Source: Alphaproteobacteria bacterium (GTDB lineage: Bacteria > Pseudomonadota > Alphaproteobacteria > UBA828). Taken from it: a DNA stretch of 64,000 nucleotides. The notes below the pieces were generated by a model. That model was given only the letters and a program-made list of their open reading frames with translations. It was not told where the DNA came from and made no database searches. Positions 18,966 to 29,388 of this stretch are shown one piece after another (the stretch's first letter is position 1; the number at the start of each line of letters is the position of its first letter). The stretch covers positions 224,001 to 288,000 of the forward strand of contig CBDCRW010000003.1 of the NCBI GenBank assembly GCA_965221125.1, read 5' to 3'. The translations under genes were made by a program, and so were the position numbers.

Positions 18966-20099
18966 ATGGCCGACGCGCACCGGACCCGCCGGATCGCCCA
19001 TATCGACTGCCCCGGCGGCGGGCAGGTCTGGGTCGACGGCACCACGCTCTACATCGGCCACATGCGCTGGCCGTCGGGCACCACCGTCGTCGACGTGGCC
19101 GACCCTGCGAACCCGCGCACGCTCGCGCGCATCGAGCTGCCGGAGGGCTGGCACTCGCACAAGGTCCGTGCCGCGAACGGCGTCATGCTCGTCAATCACG
19201 AGCGCCTCGGCGGCGCCGGCAACGACGCCAACGGCTTCGGCGGCGGGCTCGGCATCTACGACGTCTCGAACCCCGCCGAGCCGAAACTCATCACCAAGTG
19301 GCGCACCGCCGGCAAGGGCGTGCACCGCTTCACCTTCGACGGGCGCTACGCCTACATCTCGCCGACGGCGGAAGGCTACGTCGGCAATATCGTGATGATC
19401 CTCGACCTCGCCGACCCGGCGCGGCCGGAAGAGGTGGGCCGCTGGTGGATCCCCGGCCAGTGGGAGGCCGGCGGCGAGGAGTATCCCTGGGACGGCTGGG
19501 TGGCGCCCCGCTGCCACCATCCGCTCCGGCTCGGCGACCGGCTCTACGTGAGCTACTGGCACCACGGGCTCTTCATCCTCGACATCGAGGACATGTCCAG
19601 GCCGAAGCACATCGCCGGCGTCAACACGAGCCCGACCTTCCCGCATCCGACCCACACCTGCCTGCCCTTCCCCTACAAGCTCAAGGGCCGGCACATCATG
19701 GTGGTGGCCGACGAGGACGTGGCGAAGCTGTGGCCGTCGCCGCCGGCCTTCGCCTGGGTCTACGACATCACCGACGAGCGCCTGCCGATCCCGATCAGCA
19801 CGATTCACGTGGACGGTGTGGATCAGGACGGCAGCCCCCAGCCGGACATGACCGGCTGCCACCAGCCGTCCGACAGGTTCACCGGCAACGTGGTGCCCTT
19901 CGCCTGGTTCGCGCAGGGCCTGCGGCTCGTGGACGTGTCCGACCCCTTTGCGCCTTGCGAGGTCGCGCGCTACGTCCCCGACCCGCCGGCGGGGTGCGAG
20001 CGCGCCTCCTCCAACGACGTGACGGTGGACGACCGCGGCCTCATCTACCTGATCGACCGCCAGCGCGGCGTGGACATCATCGAGACCAACGCCCTCTGA
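18966..20099 (+). CDS. LVIVD-repeat beta-propeller protein with His-rich motifs
   Basis: Repeated xxDxSxPxxP units (VVDVADPANP, IYDVSNPAEP, ILDLADPARP, LVDVSDP); WHSHK, GVHRF, CHHP, HPTHT and GCHQ segments. Confidence 0.85.
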   Translation: MADAHRTRRIAHIDCPGGGQVWVDGTTLYIGHMRWPSGTTVVDVADPANPRTLARIELPEGWHSHKVRAANGVMLVNHERLGGAGNDANGFGGGLGIYDVSNPAEPKLITKWRTAGKGVHRFTFDGRYAYISPTAEGYVGNIVMILDLADPARPEEVGRWWIPGQWEAGGEEYPWDGWVAPRCHHPLRLGDRLYVSYWHHGLFILDIEDMSRPKHIAGVNTSPTFPHPTHTCLPFPYKLKGRHIMVVADEDVAKLWPSPPAFAWVYDITDERLPIPISTIHVDGVDQDGSPQPDMTGCHQPSDRFTGNVVPFAWFAQGLRLVDVSDPFAPCEVARYVPDPPAGCERASSNDVTVDDRGLIYLIDRQRGVDIIETNAL

Positions 20100-20108
20100 T
20101 CCGGCCCG

Positions 20109-20347
20109 CTAGAGCGATTTCCGACCTTACGAGTTCACTGCGGCCCGAGCGTTCCCACCTCCCCCTGTCCCCCTCCCCCCAAAGGGCGGAGGGGGGACGC
20201 TGACGCCGATGGCGGAGTCTCCCTCTCCGCCCCTGGGGGCGGAGAGGGCCAGGGAGAGGTGGGGGTTTCTTTTCTGGACGCGCGGCACTTGAAGGCGTGA
20301 CTCTGCGGTAACCGCGAACGATTCCATCCGGTCGGAAATCGGGCTGG
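20109..20347 (+). repeat. About 240-bp MITE-like palindromic repeat
   Basis: Terminal IR ctagagcgatttccgacc...ggtcggaaatcgggctgg; two internal GC hairpins; homologous to 31154-31382 in opposite orientation. Confidence 0.85.
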
Positions 20348-20386
20348 GCCGCTACGCTCTCATCGCCAGGGGTGCGGCGGCGGAAT

Positions 20387-21295
20387 TCAACCGCCCTCGT
20401 CGTGGTAGGCCCGGGCGATATCCCTCCGCTGGCAGATCCACACGTCGTCGTGGCGCAGCGCGTGCTCCAGGAAGCGGCGGAGCGCCGCGAGCCGCGCCGG
20501 CCTCCCGATCACGCGGCAGTGCAGGCCCACGGAGAGCATCGCGGGCCGCCCGTTGACGCCCTCCCGGTAAAGCTCGTCGAAGGCCGCGCAGAGATAGTCG
20601 CCGAACTGCGTGGGCGAGGCGAAGCCGTTGGTCGTGCAGAACTTCATGTCGTTCGAGTCGAGCGCGTAGGGGATGACGAGGTGGCGGCCGCCGTCGTCCA
20701 GTTCGAGCCAGTAGGGAAGGTCGTCGTCGTAGGCGTCCGAATCGTAGAGCAGGCCGCCGCATTCGATCGCGAGCCGGCGTGAGTTCGCGCTGACGCGCCC
20801 ACAGTAGAAGCCGACCGGCGCTGCGCCCGTCTGCTCGCGGATGGTCTCCTTGGTCATCAGGATGTGCTGGCGCTCGGTCTCCTCGTCGACGTCGGCGTAG
20901 TCGAACCAGCGCCAATTGTGGCTCGCGACCTCGAGCCCCTGGCGCGCGAATTCGCGGCCGACCTCCGGGTTGAGCGCGAGCGCCCGGCCGACGCCATAGA
21001 CGGTCGCCGTCACCTCCAGCTCCTCGAAGAGGCGCAGGATGCGCCAGACGCCGGCGCGCGCGCCGTAGTCGTACATGCTCTCGGTATTCAGGTCCCGCTC
21101 GCCCACGCGCGGCTCGACGCTGCCGAGCTCGTGGATGTAGCGCTCCGAGCTGGCGTCGTCGTTCAGCACCGTTCGCTCGCCGCCCTCCTCGTAGTTGAGG
21201 ACGAGACTCAGCGCGAGCGGGCTGTCGTCCCGCCAGGGCGGGCGCGGGCGCGAGCGGCCGTAGCCGGCGAAGTTGCGATCGTTCAGGCCGGTCAT
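20387..21295 (-). CDS. Polysaccharide deacetylase family, PuuE allantoinase-like
   Basis: RNFAGYG, VLNYEEGGE, ESMYDYGARAGVWRI, YDSDAYDDDLPYW and SVGLHCRVIGRP motifs. Confidence 0.85.
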   Translation of the reverse strand: MTGLNDRNFAGYGRSRPRPPWRDDSPLALSLVLNYEEGGERTVLNDDASSERYIHELGSVEPRVGERDLNTESMYDYGARAGVWRILRLFEELEVTATVYGVGRALALNPEVGREFARQGLEVASHNWRWFDYADVDEETERQHILMTKETIREQTGAAPVGFYCGRVSANSRRLAIECGGLLYDSDAYDDDLPYWLELDDGGRHLVIPYALDSNDMKFCTTNGFASPTQFGDYLCAAFDELYREGVNGRPAMLSVGLHCRVIGRPARLAALRRFLEHALRHDDVWICQRRDIARAYHDEGG

Positions 21296-21813
21296 GTCTG
21301 GGAACTCCCTGGCGAACCCGGTTCGGACACCTCGTGCCAGACCGTGGCGGCGCTGAAGGTGCGGTCGAAGCCGCCCCCGTTCCAGGTGGTCATCTTGCGA
21401 ACGTGGACGAGAAAGGGCTCCCTGGGAAATCCGAACGTCGATTCGGCATAGGCCAGGCCGGGCGGCCCGAGATACCGCTCGGTCATCTTGCGGGCCGGCG
21501 CGATCCAGTCGAAGTCCTCGGGCAGGAACTCCGCCTCGCCGAGGACGCTCACCCTCATGTACGGCAGCGAGGGGTTGTCGACGAGGACGCCGCAGCGGGG
21601 ATCCCGGTGCAGGTTCTGCACCATGCTGGTGCGCGTCTTGCTGATGACGAGGAAGGCGCGGTCCTCGGCCAGCCAGTCGAACCAGACCGGGCTCACCACG
21701 GGCCAGCCGTCGGCCATCGTGGTGGCGACCTTCGCGAAGATTGCGCCCGACGTGAGGAACGCGTCGCGCTCCGCGTCGGTCATTCCCCGCCCGGCATTCG
21801 ACGTCATCGCCAT
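21292..21813 (-). CDS. Pyridoxamine 5'-phosphate oxidase-like split-barrel protein
   Basis: AKVATTMADGWPVVSPVWF and NLHRDPRCGVLVD; this is the real C-terminal part of the long 21292..23454 ORF. Confidence 0.82.
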   Translation of the reverse strand: MAMTSNAGRGMTDAERDAFLTSGAIFAKVATTMADGWPVVSPVWFDWLAEDRAFLVISKTRTSMVQNLHRDPRCGVLVDNPSLPYMRVSVLGEAEFLPEDFDWIAPARKMTERYLGPPGLAYAESTFGFPREPFLVHVRKMTTWNGGGFDRTFSAATVWHEVSEPGSPGSSQT

Positions 21814-21996
21814 GGTGCGCCTCCGCTCTCTTTCCATGAATCCGCGCTGCACAACCCGTTCGTGCTGGCCGAGGCATTGTACACCGCCACCAGCGTCGGG
21901 CGCGCCGTGGCGTCCCGTACGGATTCGGGCTAGGGTCGCGCCCGCTCGGCGGCGGGGTCGCCGGGCTTGGGAGGGATATGACACGGCGGGAGAGCC

Positions 21997-24060
21997 ATGC
22001 GATTCGCGGTCGATACCGGGGGAACCTTCACCGACCTTGTCGTCGAGTCCGACGACGGGGGCCTGCGCATGTACAAGGCGCCGACCACGCCGTCGGACCC
22101 GGTGGCCGGCGTGCTGGAGACGCTGGCCCGCGCCGCGGACGACCTGGGCGAGAGCCGCGAGGCCCTGCTCGCACGCGGCGAGATGCTGATCCACGGCACC
22201 ACGCACGCGATCAACGCCATCGTCACCGGCAACACCGCGCGCACCGCCTTCCTCACCACCAAGGGGCACCCGGACGTCCTGGTGTTCCGCGAGGGCGGGC
22301 GCATCGAGCCCTTCAACTTCACGGTCCCCTATCCTGAGCCCTACGTGCCGCGCTCGATCACCTACGAGGTGTCCGAGCGCGTGTCCTACGACGGCACCGT
22401 GACCGAGCCGCTCGACGAGGGCGGCGTCATCGAGATCGTCGAAGAGCTGAAGGGGCAGGACATCGAAGCCATCGGCGTCTGCCTGCTCTGGTCGATCGTG
22501 AACCCGGCGCATGAGCTGCGCGTCGGCGAGCTGCTGGAGCGCCACCTGCCGGGCGTGCCCTACACCCTCTCCCACGTGCTCAACCCCTCGCTCCGCGAGT
22601 ATCGCCGCGCGTCGTCGACCTGCATCGACGCCTCGCTCAAGCCGCTCATGGGCGACTACCTCGGCGGCCTGGAATCGCGCCTGCGGGAGGCGGGCTTCGG
22701 CGGCCGCGTGCTTGTAGTGACGACGCAGGGCGGCGCCATGGATGCCGCCGACATGGCGCACGCGCCGATCCACTCGATCAACTCGGGCCCGGCCATGGCG
22801 CCCATCGCGGGCCGCGCCTACGCGCAAGCCGACTCCGGCGTCGACACCGCCATCATCGCCGATACCGGGGGCACCACCTTCGACGTGAGCCTGGTGCGCG
22901 GCGGGCGCATCCCCTGGACGCGGGAGACCTGGATCGGCCAGCCCTACCGCGGCCACATGACGGGCTTCCCGGCGGTGGACGTGAAGAGCATCGGCGCGGG
23001 CGGCGGCAGCATCGCCTGGGTCGACGAAGGCGGCCTGCTCCACGTCGGGCCGAAGAGCGCGGGCGCCGTGCCCGGCCCGGTCTGCTACGGCGCCGGCGGC
23101 ACCGAGCCCACCGTCACCGACGCCTCGGTGATCCTCGGCTGGATCGACCCGGCCTACTTCCTCGGCGGCACCATGGCGCTGGAGACGGAGGCGGCGGGCA
23201 ACGCGATCGAGACCCACGTCGCGGGCAAGCTCGGCCTCTCGCTGCACGAGGCGGCGGCGGCCATCATGAGCGTCGCAACCGAGAACATGGTGCATGCCAT
23301 CGAGGACATCACCGTCAACCAGGGCATCGACCCGCGCGAGGCCGCCATCGTGGGCGGCGGGGGTGCGGCGGGCCTCAACGCGGTCGCCATCGCGCGCCGG
23401 CTCGGCTGCGCGCAGGTGATCCTGCCGGAGGTCGCGGCCGCCCTCAGCGCCCACGGGGCGCTGATCTCCGAGCTTCGGGCGGAGTACAGCGGCACGCTCT
23501 ACACGTCGACCGGCGGCTTCGACTTCAACGGCGTGAACGCCCTGCTGGAGAGCCTGGAGGAGAAGTGCCGGGCCTTCATCGCGGGGCCGGGCGCGGGCTC
23601 GCTGGAGCAGGTCGTGGAGTTCACCGCCGAGGCCCGCTACCCGAGCCAGATCTGGGAGATCGAGGTGCCGCTACGCGCGGACCGCATCGAGGACGAGCAG
23701 GCGCTTGCGGGCTTCGTCGAGGACTTCCACAAGACCCACGAGGCGCTGTTCACGTTCGCCGACTCCGAGTCGACCATCGAGACCGTCGGCTGGCGCGCCA
23801 ACGTGCGCTGCCGGCTCAGGGACGGCGTCAACCTGAGCGTCGAAAGCGCGGGCGGCGGCCCGGAGATCGCGCACAGCCGCTCGGTCTATTTCCCGGACAC
23901 CGGCTTCGTCGAGGCGCAGGTGGTGCACTTCGACGGCATGGGGCCGGGCGAGACCGTGGACGGACCCGCGATCATCGAATCGTCCTTCACCACCGTCGTG
24001 ATCGACCCGGGAGCCAAGGCCGAGCGCCGGGCCTCGGGCAGTCTCCTGATAACGCCCTGA
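21997..24060 (+). CDS. Hydantoinase/oxoprolinase subunit A
   Basis: VDTGGTFTD, HGTT, NSGPAM, DTGGTTFDV, IGAGGGSIA and PTVTDA motifs. Confidence 0.93.
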   Translation: MRFAVDTGGTFTDLVVESDDGGLRMYKAPTTPSDPVAGVLETLARAADDLGESREALLARGEMLIHGTTHAINAIVTGNTARTAFLTTKGHPDVLVFREGGRIEPFNFTVPYPEPYVPRSITYEVSERVSYDGTVTEPLDEGGVIEIVEELKGQDIEAIGVCLLWSIVNPAHELRVGELLERHLPGVPYTLSHVLNPSLREYRRASSTCIDASLKPLMGDYLGGLESRLREAGFGGRVLVVTTQGGAMDAADMAHAPIHSINSGPAMAPIAGRAYAQADSGVDTAIIADTGGTTFDVSLVRGGRIPWTRETWIGQPYRGHMTGFPAVDVKSIGAGGGSIAWVDEGGLLHVGPKSAGAVPGPVCYGAGGTEPTVTDASVILGWIDPAYFLGGTMALETEAAGNAIETHVAGKLGLSLHEAAAAIMSVATENMVHAIEDITVNQGIDPREAAIVGGGGAAGLNAVAIARRLGCAQVILPEVAAALSAHGALISELRAEYSGTLYTSTGGFDFNGVNALLESLEEKCRAFIAGPGAGSLEQVVEFTAEARYPSQIWEIEVPLRADRIEDEQALAGFVEDFHKTHEALFTFADSESTIETVGWRANVRCRLRDGVNLSVESAGGGPEIAHSRSVYFPDTGFVEAQVVHFDGMGPGETVDGPAIIESSFTTVVIDPGAKAERRASGSLLITP

Positions 24061-24076
24061 CCGGGGGAGGCAAGCC

Positions 24077-25855
24077 GTGGCAAGGAACACGCTGACCGTC
24101 AACGCCGACGGCACGCTCGACGGCGTGCAGATGGCGATCATCAACAAGCGGATGGAGGCCATCTGCGCCAAGATGGCCAACACGCTGCTGCGGACGGGGC
24201 GCTCCGGCGTGCTCAACAGCGCGCGCGACTTCTCCTGCTGCATCGTGACTGCGGAGAACCGGCTGCTCACGGTCAACGAGAGCCTGCCGATCCACGTCCT
24301 GCGCGGCGCCGACATGATGTGCGAATCGATGCAGGAGTTTCACCCCGACCTCGTGCGGGGCGACGCCTACCTCCACAACTCGCCCTATCACGGCTGCTCC
24401 CACCCCGCCGATCACACCACGCTCGTTCCCGTGGTGGACGACGAGGGCGTGCACCGCTTCACCATGGTCGCCAAGGCGCATCAGGCGGACTGCGGCAACT
24501 CGATCGCCACCACCTATCACGGCAGCGCGCGGGACGTGTACGAGGAAGGCGCGCTGATCTTCCCGGCGGTGCAGATCCAGCGGGACTACGAGGACATCGA
24601 GGACATCGTGCGCATGTGCCGGCTCCGCATCCGCGTGCCGGAGCAATGGTGGGGCGACTACCTCGCGGCTCTCGGCGCGGCGCGGATCGGCGAGCGCGAG
24701 ATCATGTCCTTCGGCAACGAGATCGGCTGGGACACGCTGGCCCAGTTCGCCGAGCAGTGGTTCGACTACAGCGAGCAGTTGATGATCGCCGCGGTGCGCA
24801 AGATGCCGGGCGGGCGGACCGAGACCACGTCCATGCACGACCCCTTCCCCAATGCCGAGGACGGGATTCCGGTCAAGATCGTGGTGGAGGTGGACCCGGA
24901 CGAGGCGGTGATCGACATCGACCTCCGCGACAACCCGGACGCGATGCCCTGCGGCCTCAACCTGTCGCGCGCCTGCTGCGAGAGCACGCTGCTGCTCGGC
25001 GTCTTCAACAGCATCCCCGATTCGGTGCCGACCAACACCGGCTCCTTCCGGCGGGTGCGCATGCACCTGCGCGAGAACAGCGTCTGCGGCATCCCCAGGC
25101 ACCCGACGAGCTGCTCGGTGGCGACGACCAATCTCGCCGACCGCGTTGGCAACGCGGTGAGCCGCGCGCTCGCGGACCTGGGCGACGGCTACGGCATGGC
25201 TAGCACCGGCTCGATCATCCCGCCGTCCCTCGGCGTCATCTCCGGCACCAGCGAGAAGACCAAGGGCGCTTACGTGAACCAGATCTTCCTCGGCTGGGGC
25301 GGCGGCGCGGCCAGCGCGCAGGCCGACGCCTGGCTTTCCATCGGCCATCTCGGCAACGCCGGCATGTCCTACCAGGATTCCATCGAGCTCGACGAGATGC
25401 GCTTCCCGCTCACCGTGCGGGGCCGCCACTTCATCACCGATTCGGGCGGCCACGGGCGGACGCGGGGCGGCGCGGGCGTCTATTGCGAGTTCGGCCCCAC
25501 CGAGGGCGATCTCGAGGTCGGCTACGTCAGCGACGGCAACGTCACGCCGCCCGAGGGCGCGCGCGGCGGCACGCCGGGCGGCCGGGCCGACCAGTTCCGG
25601 CGCGACGCGAACGGCGACCTGCACCAGCTCGACCCCTGCGCCCAGGCGATCATCCCCGAGGGCCACACCATCGTCTCCTACTCCTGCGGGGGCGGCGGCT
25701 ACGGCGCGCCGACGGAGCGTGCGGCGGCGCAGGTGGCGATCGACGTGCGCGAGCGCTGGGTCTCGCCCGAGGCCGCGCGCGAGGTCTATCGCGTCGCCCT
25801 CGACGACGCCGGCGCGCTCGACGAAGACGCGACCGCGCGTCTCCGCAACGGCTGA
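24077..25855 (+). CDS. Hydantoinase/oxoprolinase subunit B
   Basis: RDFSC, HNSPYHGCSHPAD, DSGGHGRTRGG and GGGGYG motifs. Confidence 0.92.
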   Translation: MARNTLTVNADGTLDGVQMAIINKRMEAICAKMANTLLRTGRSGVLNSARDFSCCIVTAENRLLTVNESLPIHVLRGADMMCESMQEFHPDLVRGDAYLHNSPYHGCSHPADHTTLVPVVDDEGVHRFTMVAKAHQADCGNSIATTYHGSARDVYEEGALIFPAVQIQRDYEDIEDIVRMCRLRIRVPEQWWGDYLAALGAARIGEREIMSFGNEIGWDTLAQFAEQWFDYSEQLMIAAVRKMPGGRTETTSMHDPFPNAEDGIPVKIVVEVDPDEAVIDIDLRDNPDAMPCGLNLSRACCESTLLLGVFNSIPDSVPTNTGSFRRVRMHLRENSVCGIPRHPTSCSVATTNLADRVGNAVSRALADLGDGYGMASTGSIIPPSLGVISGTSEKTKGAYVNQIFLGWGGGAASAQADAWLSIGHLGNAGMSYQDSIELDEMRFPLTVRGRHFITDSGGHGRTRGGAGVYCEFGPTEGDLEVGYVSDGNVTPPEGARGGTPGGRADQFRRDANGDLHQLDPCAQAIIPEGHTIVSYSCGGGGYGAPTERAAAQVAIDVRERWVSPEAAREVYRVALDDAGALDEDATARLRNG

Positions 25856-26010
25856 GCGCCGGGGCGGGCGGCGGGCCCCCCCTCCCCTCTCGAGATAAGG
25901 CGGCGCGGAGGCCGATTCGCCGTTGCGCCCTGCGGCGCTTGTTGAGACCATCCCCGTCAGTCAGGGACGACTTGTCCACGAACGTGAAATCCATCCAGGA
26001 GGAGAACACG

Positions 26011-27387
26011 ATGGTCGAGCGCAAGGAACAGGAACATCTGCTGCGGAACGCAGCACGCCGCCAGCTGCTGCGCGGCGAGATCGACAGGCGCCAGTTCATG
26101 ACCCGCAGTATCGCCGCAGGCCTCGGCCTGGCAGGCGCGAGCGTGGTGGCCAACTACGGCTCCAGTCGCGCGTTCGCGCAGGAGCGGCCGCTGACGCCGA
26201 CCTTCTACCAGTGGATCGAGGACCTGCATCCCTCGATTCCGCAAGTCAACGAGCAGTTCCCCGATATCAACTACCAGATCGCGCCGGTCGAAGGCTTCGG
26301 CATCGAGCGCTTCGTCGCCGAGGCGCGCAGCCAGGAGAGCACCTGGGACGTCTACGTCGGCCAGACTCCGTTCGTCGAAATGACGTCGATGATCGAGGCC
26401 GACGTCATCGAGCCGTGGGATCCCTACATCCCTCAAGAGGTCCTCGACGACATGATCCCGGCGATCCGCGACGAGTGCACCATCGACGGCAAGCTCTACG
26501 GCTGGCCCTTCCTGCTCGACGTGATCGGCATGGGCTGGCACTCGGGCATCACGGACGAAGCAGGCGTCGGCGAGACACCGCCCGCCACCTGGGACGAGTA
26601 TCTCGCCAATGCCCAGGCCATCGTGGACAGCGGGGCCGCGCCCTTCGGCGCGACCTTCGACGCCCACGGCTGGCGCTCTCTCGCGCCCATGACTCACAGC
26701 CTGAACAGCGACGTCTACACCGAAGACGGCCTCTTCGACTTCACCCACGATGCGGCGGTCGAAGCGCTCATCCTGATGAAGAAGATCATGGCCGTCTCGC
26801 ACCCCGACATCCTGCTCGCGGGCGCGACCGACGGCGGCGTCAACGGCACCCCGGACGAGGTCGCCTTTGCCGCTCAGCGCGTCGGCTATTACACCAAGTA
26901 TTTCAATGCCCCGCTGCGTTTTGCTCAGTATTGGGATGAGCCTGGCGCACTGAAGATGGCCGGGCTGCCGAAGTTCGCGGGCGGCGAGGGCTCGACCGTG
27001 TTCTGGACCACCGGCTGTGCCCTCTTCAAGCATGGCAAGAACAAGGAGCAGGTCGCCGAATACATCCGCGCGCTGACCTACGACCGGCAGATCTGGCAGG
27101 ATTCCATCGCCGGCACCGAGACGGCGCATCCGGGGCAGCTGCCGCCCTACAAATCGATCTACGCCGAGTGGGAGGCCAACCCGCCCGAGTGGATGCTGCC
27201 CTTCGTAGGCCTGGTCCGGGGCCAGCTCGATCGCGCCAAGGCGATCACCAACCACCTGATCGGCCTGCACCAGTTCATCATCGGCCAGTCGACCTGGGAG
27301 ACCTATCTCAAGGGCGAGGAGCCCGATCCGCGCGTTGCCTTGCAGAACACCAAGGATGCGGTGCGCGCCGAGCTCGAGCGCATGTAG
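26011..27387 (+). CDS. CUT1-type ABC transporter substrate-binding protein with Tat signal
   Basis: GGAGGAG RBS; IDRRQFM Tat motif; DGKLYGWP and PPATWDEY motifs. Confidence 0.85.
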   Translation: MVERKEQEHLLRNAARRQLLRGEIDRRQFMTRSIAAGLGLAGASVVANYGSSRAFAQERPLTPTFYQWIEDLHPSIPQVNEQFPDINYQIAPVEGFGIERFVAEARSQESTWDVYVGQTPFVEMTSMIEADVIEPWDPYIPQEVLDDMIPAIRDECTIDGKLYGWPFLLDVIGMGWHSGITDEAGVGETPPATWDEYLANAQAIVDSGAAPFGATFDAHGWRSLAPMTHSLNSDVYTEDGLFDFTHDAAVEALILMKKIMAVSHPDILLAGATDGGVNGTPDEVAFAAQRVGYYTKYFNAPLRFAQYWDEPGALKMAGLPKFAGGEGSTVFWTTGCALFKHGKNKEQVAEYIRALTYDRQIWQDSIAGTETAHPGQLPPYKSIYAEWEANPPEWMLPFVGLVRGQLDRAKAITNHLIGLHQFIIGQSTWETYLKGEEPDPRVALQNTKDAVRAELERM

Positions 27388-27524
27388 CGACGCCGTTCGC
27401 CCGGGGGATGGAGCGCGCCCGGCGCACCGTCCCCCGGCGCGTCGCGCACCGGCTTTGACGCACTTGCTTTCACCGCCCGCGGCACGCCCGCGGCGCGGGC
27501 CGACCTGACGCCGCGCGCAGCCTC

Positions 27525-28439
27525 ATGGCGCAGCGCTACACCGCGACCAAGGCGCTCCGGGACACCAACACGTGGCTCCTACTGGCGCCGGCCATCATTT
27601 TCTTCGTCGGCTATCAGGTTTACCCGATCATCCGGGTGATCTGGATAAGTTTCACGGACTTCGAATTCCTCACCAACGAGCCCGCCAACTGGGTCGGCGT
27701 CGACAACTACATCGAGGCGTTCAACGACCCCTTGATGTGGACCAGCCTGTGGCGGGCGGCCCTGTTCACGATGATGTTCCTGCCGGGAACCATCATCTTC
27801 CCTCTGCTGCTCGCGATCCTGGTGGACCGCGTCAGGGAGCCGGGGCTCGCGACCTTCTACCGCGTGGTGCTGCTGATCCCCGCGATCATCCCGTCCACGT
27901 TGGTCTTCGTGCTGTGGAAGTGGATGTACAACTACCAGGTCGGCCCGATCAATTTCGTCCTGGTGGAGGTGCTGGAGATCTTCACCTTCCACAACGCGCC
28001 ACAGTGGCTGGGCGGTACCCCGCTGACCCTGCCGTCGATCGCGATCATGGAAATCTGGTGGGGTCTCGGCTACCACACGATCTTCTTCCTCGCCGGCCTC
28101 GCGGTGATCCCCAAGGACCTGAACGAGGCCGCGCGTCTCGACGGCGCCAACGAATGGCAGCTGTTCTGGCACGTGACGATGCCAAGGCTTGCGCCGATCA
28201 TGATGATCCTGGTCGTGCTGCGCTTCGGCACCTCGATGGCGGTGATCGACGAGTACCTCATCTTCGGCGGCTTCAACCGGGCCTCGCCGACCTATACCTG
28301 GACCATCTTCATGTATGACCAGGCCTTCAAGATCGGCTTGTGGCGCCAAGGGTTTGCGGCCGCGATCGGCATGATCGGGTCGGTGGTGATGATGTTCTTC
28401 GTCGTCATCCTGATCTACATCTTCAAGCCGCGGGATTGA
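27525..28439 (+). CDS. Carbohydrate-type ABC transporter permease
   Basis: Hydrophobic helices; EAARLDGA motif. Confidence 0.92.
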   Translation: MAQRYTATKALRDTNTWLLLAPAIIFFVGYQVYPIIRVIWISFTDFEFLTNEPANWVGVDNYIEAFNDPLMWTSLWRAALFTMMFLPGTIIFPLLLAILVDRVREPGLATFYRVVLLIPAIIPSTLVFVLWKWMYNYQVGPINFVLVEVLEIFTFHNAPQWLGGTPLTLPSIAIMEIWWGLGYHTIFFLAGLAVIPKDLNEAARLDGANEWQLFWHVTMPRLAPIMMILVVLRFGTSMAVIDEYLIFGGFNRASPTYTWTIFMYDQAFKIGLWRQGFAAAIGMIGSVVMMFFVVILIYIFKPRD

Positions 28440-28446
28440 GCGCGCC

Positions 28447-29340
28447 ATGACCGACTACGCCCACGCCCCCGCTCCTGCCCCGCTCAGGCGCCGCCGCAGA
28501 AAGTCGTGGCTCCAGCGCAACCGCGCCGCGCTCACCCGTCACGGGGTGATCTGGATATTCGTATGGATCATCCTGCTGCCGCTGGCCTGGGTCCTGCTGC
28601 TGTCGGTCAAGTCGCTGCCGGATTCCATGCGGGGCCAGCTCTGGCCGCGCAAGTTCGACCTCTCACATTACGGCTACGTCTTCGACAAGATCGAGACGCT
28701 GCCCACCAACCTTTTCAACAGCGTCTACGTGACCGGGGCGACGGTGTTCATCACCACCGCCTGCGCGGTGCTGGCGGGCTATGCGCTGGTCCACGTCAAG
28801 CCGCGCGGCACGGGGATCATCGTCACTGTCTTCCTGGTCTCGCTCTACTTCCCGATCCGCGTGGTCTCGATCATCTCGATCTACGAGATCCAGAACGCGC
28901 TCGACCTGATCAACAGCACGAGCGGTCTGATCCTGCCTTACATCACGCTGAATCTCGCGATCAGCGTGCTCATCATGCGTGCGGTGTTCCAGCTCGTGCC
29001 GCACGAGCTGATCGAGGCGGCGCGGATGGACGGCGCCGGCCACTGGCGCACGCTCTGGATGGTCTGCCTGCCGCTGGTGCGAAACGGCCTCGTCGTGGTC
29101 TTCATCGTCAACTTCGTCACCGCCTGGGGCGAGTTTCTGCTGGGCACGACGCTGACCAACGACCAGGAAGTCCGCACCATGCCGGTCGTGCTCGCGGCCG
29201 CCCAGGGAGGGATGGGCCAGTGGGCCTGGCCGCGCATCGCGGCAGTCTACGTCGTGGTCGTGGCGCCCGGAATCATCGCCTTCACCTTTGCCCAGCGGCT
29301 CTTCTTCAAGGGCCTGATGGAGGGCGTGACGAAGGGCTGA
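28447..29340 (+). CDS. Carbohydrate-type ABC transporter permease
   Basis: ELIEAARMDGAG motif; C-terminal GLMEGVTKG. Confidence 0.92.
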   Translation: MTDYAHAPAPAPLRRRRRKSWLQRNRAALTRHGVIWIFVWIILLPLAWVLLLSVKSLPDSMRGQLWPRKFDLSHYGYVFDKIETLPTNLFNSVYVTGATVFITTACAVLAGYALVHVKPRGTGIIVTVFLVSLYFPIRVVSIISIYEIQNALDLINSTSGLILPYITLNLAISVLIMRAVFQLVPHELIEAARMDGAGHWRTLWMVCLPLVRNGLVVVFIVNFVTAWGEFLLGTTLTNDQEVRTMPVVLAAAQGGMGQWAWPRIAAVYVVVVAPGIIAFTFAQRLFFKGLMEGVTKG

Positions 29341-29388
29341 GCCGCCCGCGGAGCCGGGCGGTACTACGACACCTTGGGAGGAGCGCTC

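Noticed and set aside
21292-23454. 720-aa minus-strand ORF
   Set aside because: Only the last 173 codons are a real gene; the rest is antisense to hydantoinase A.
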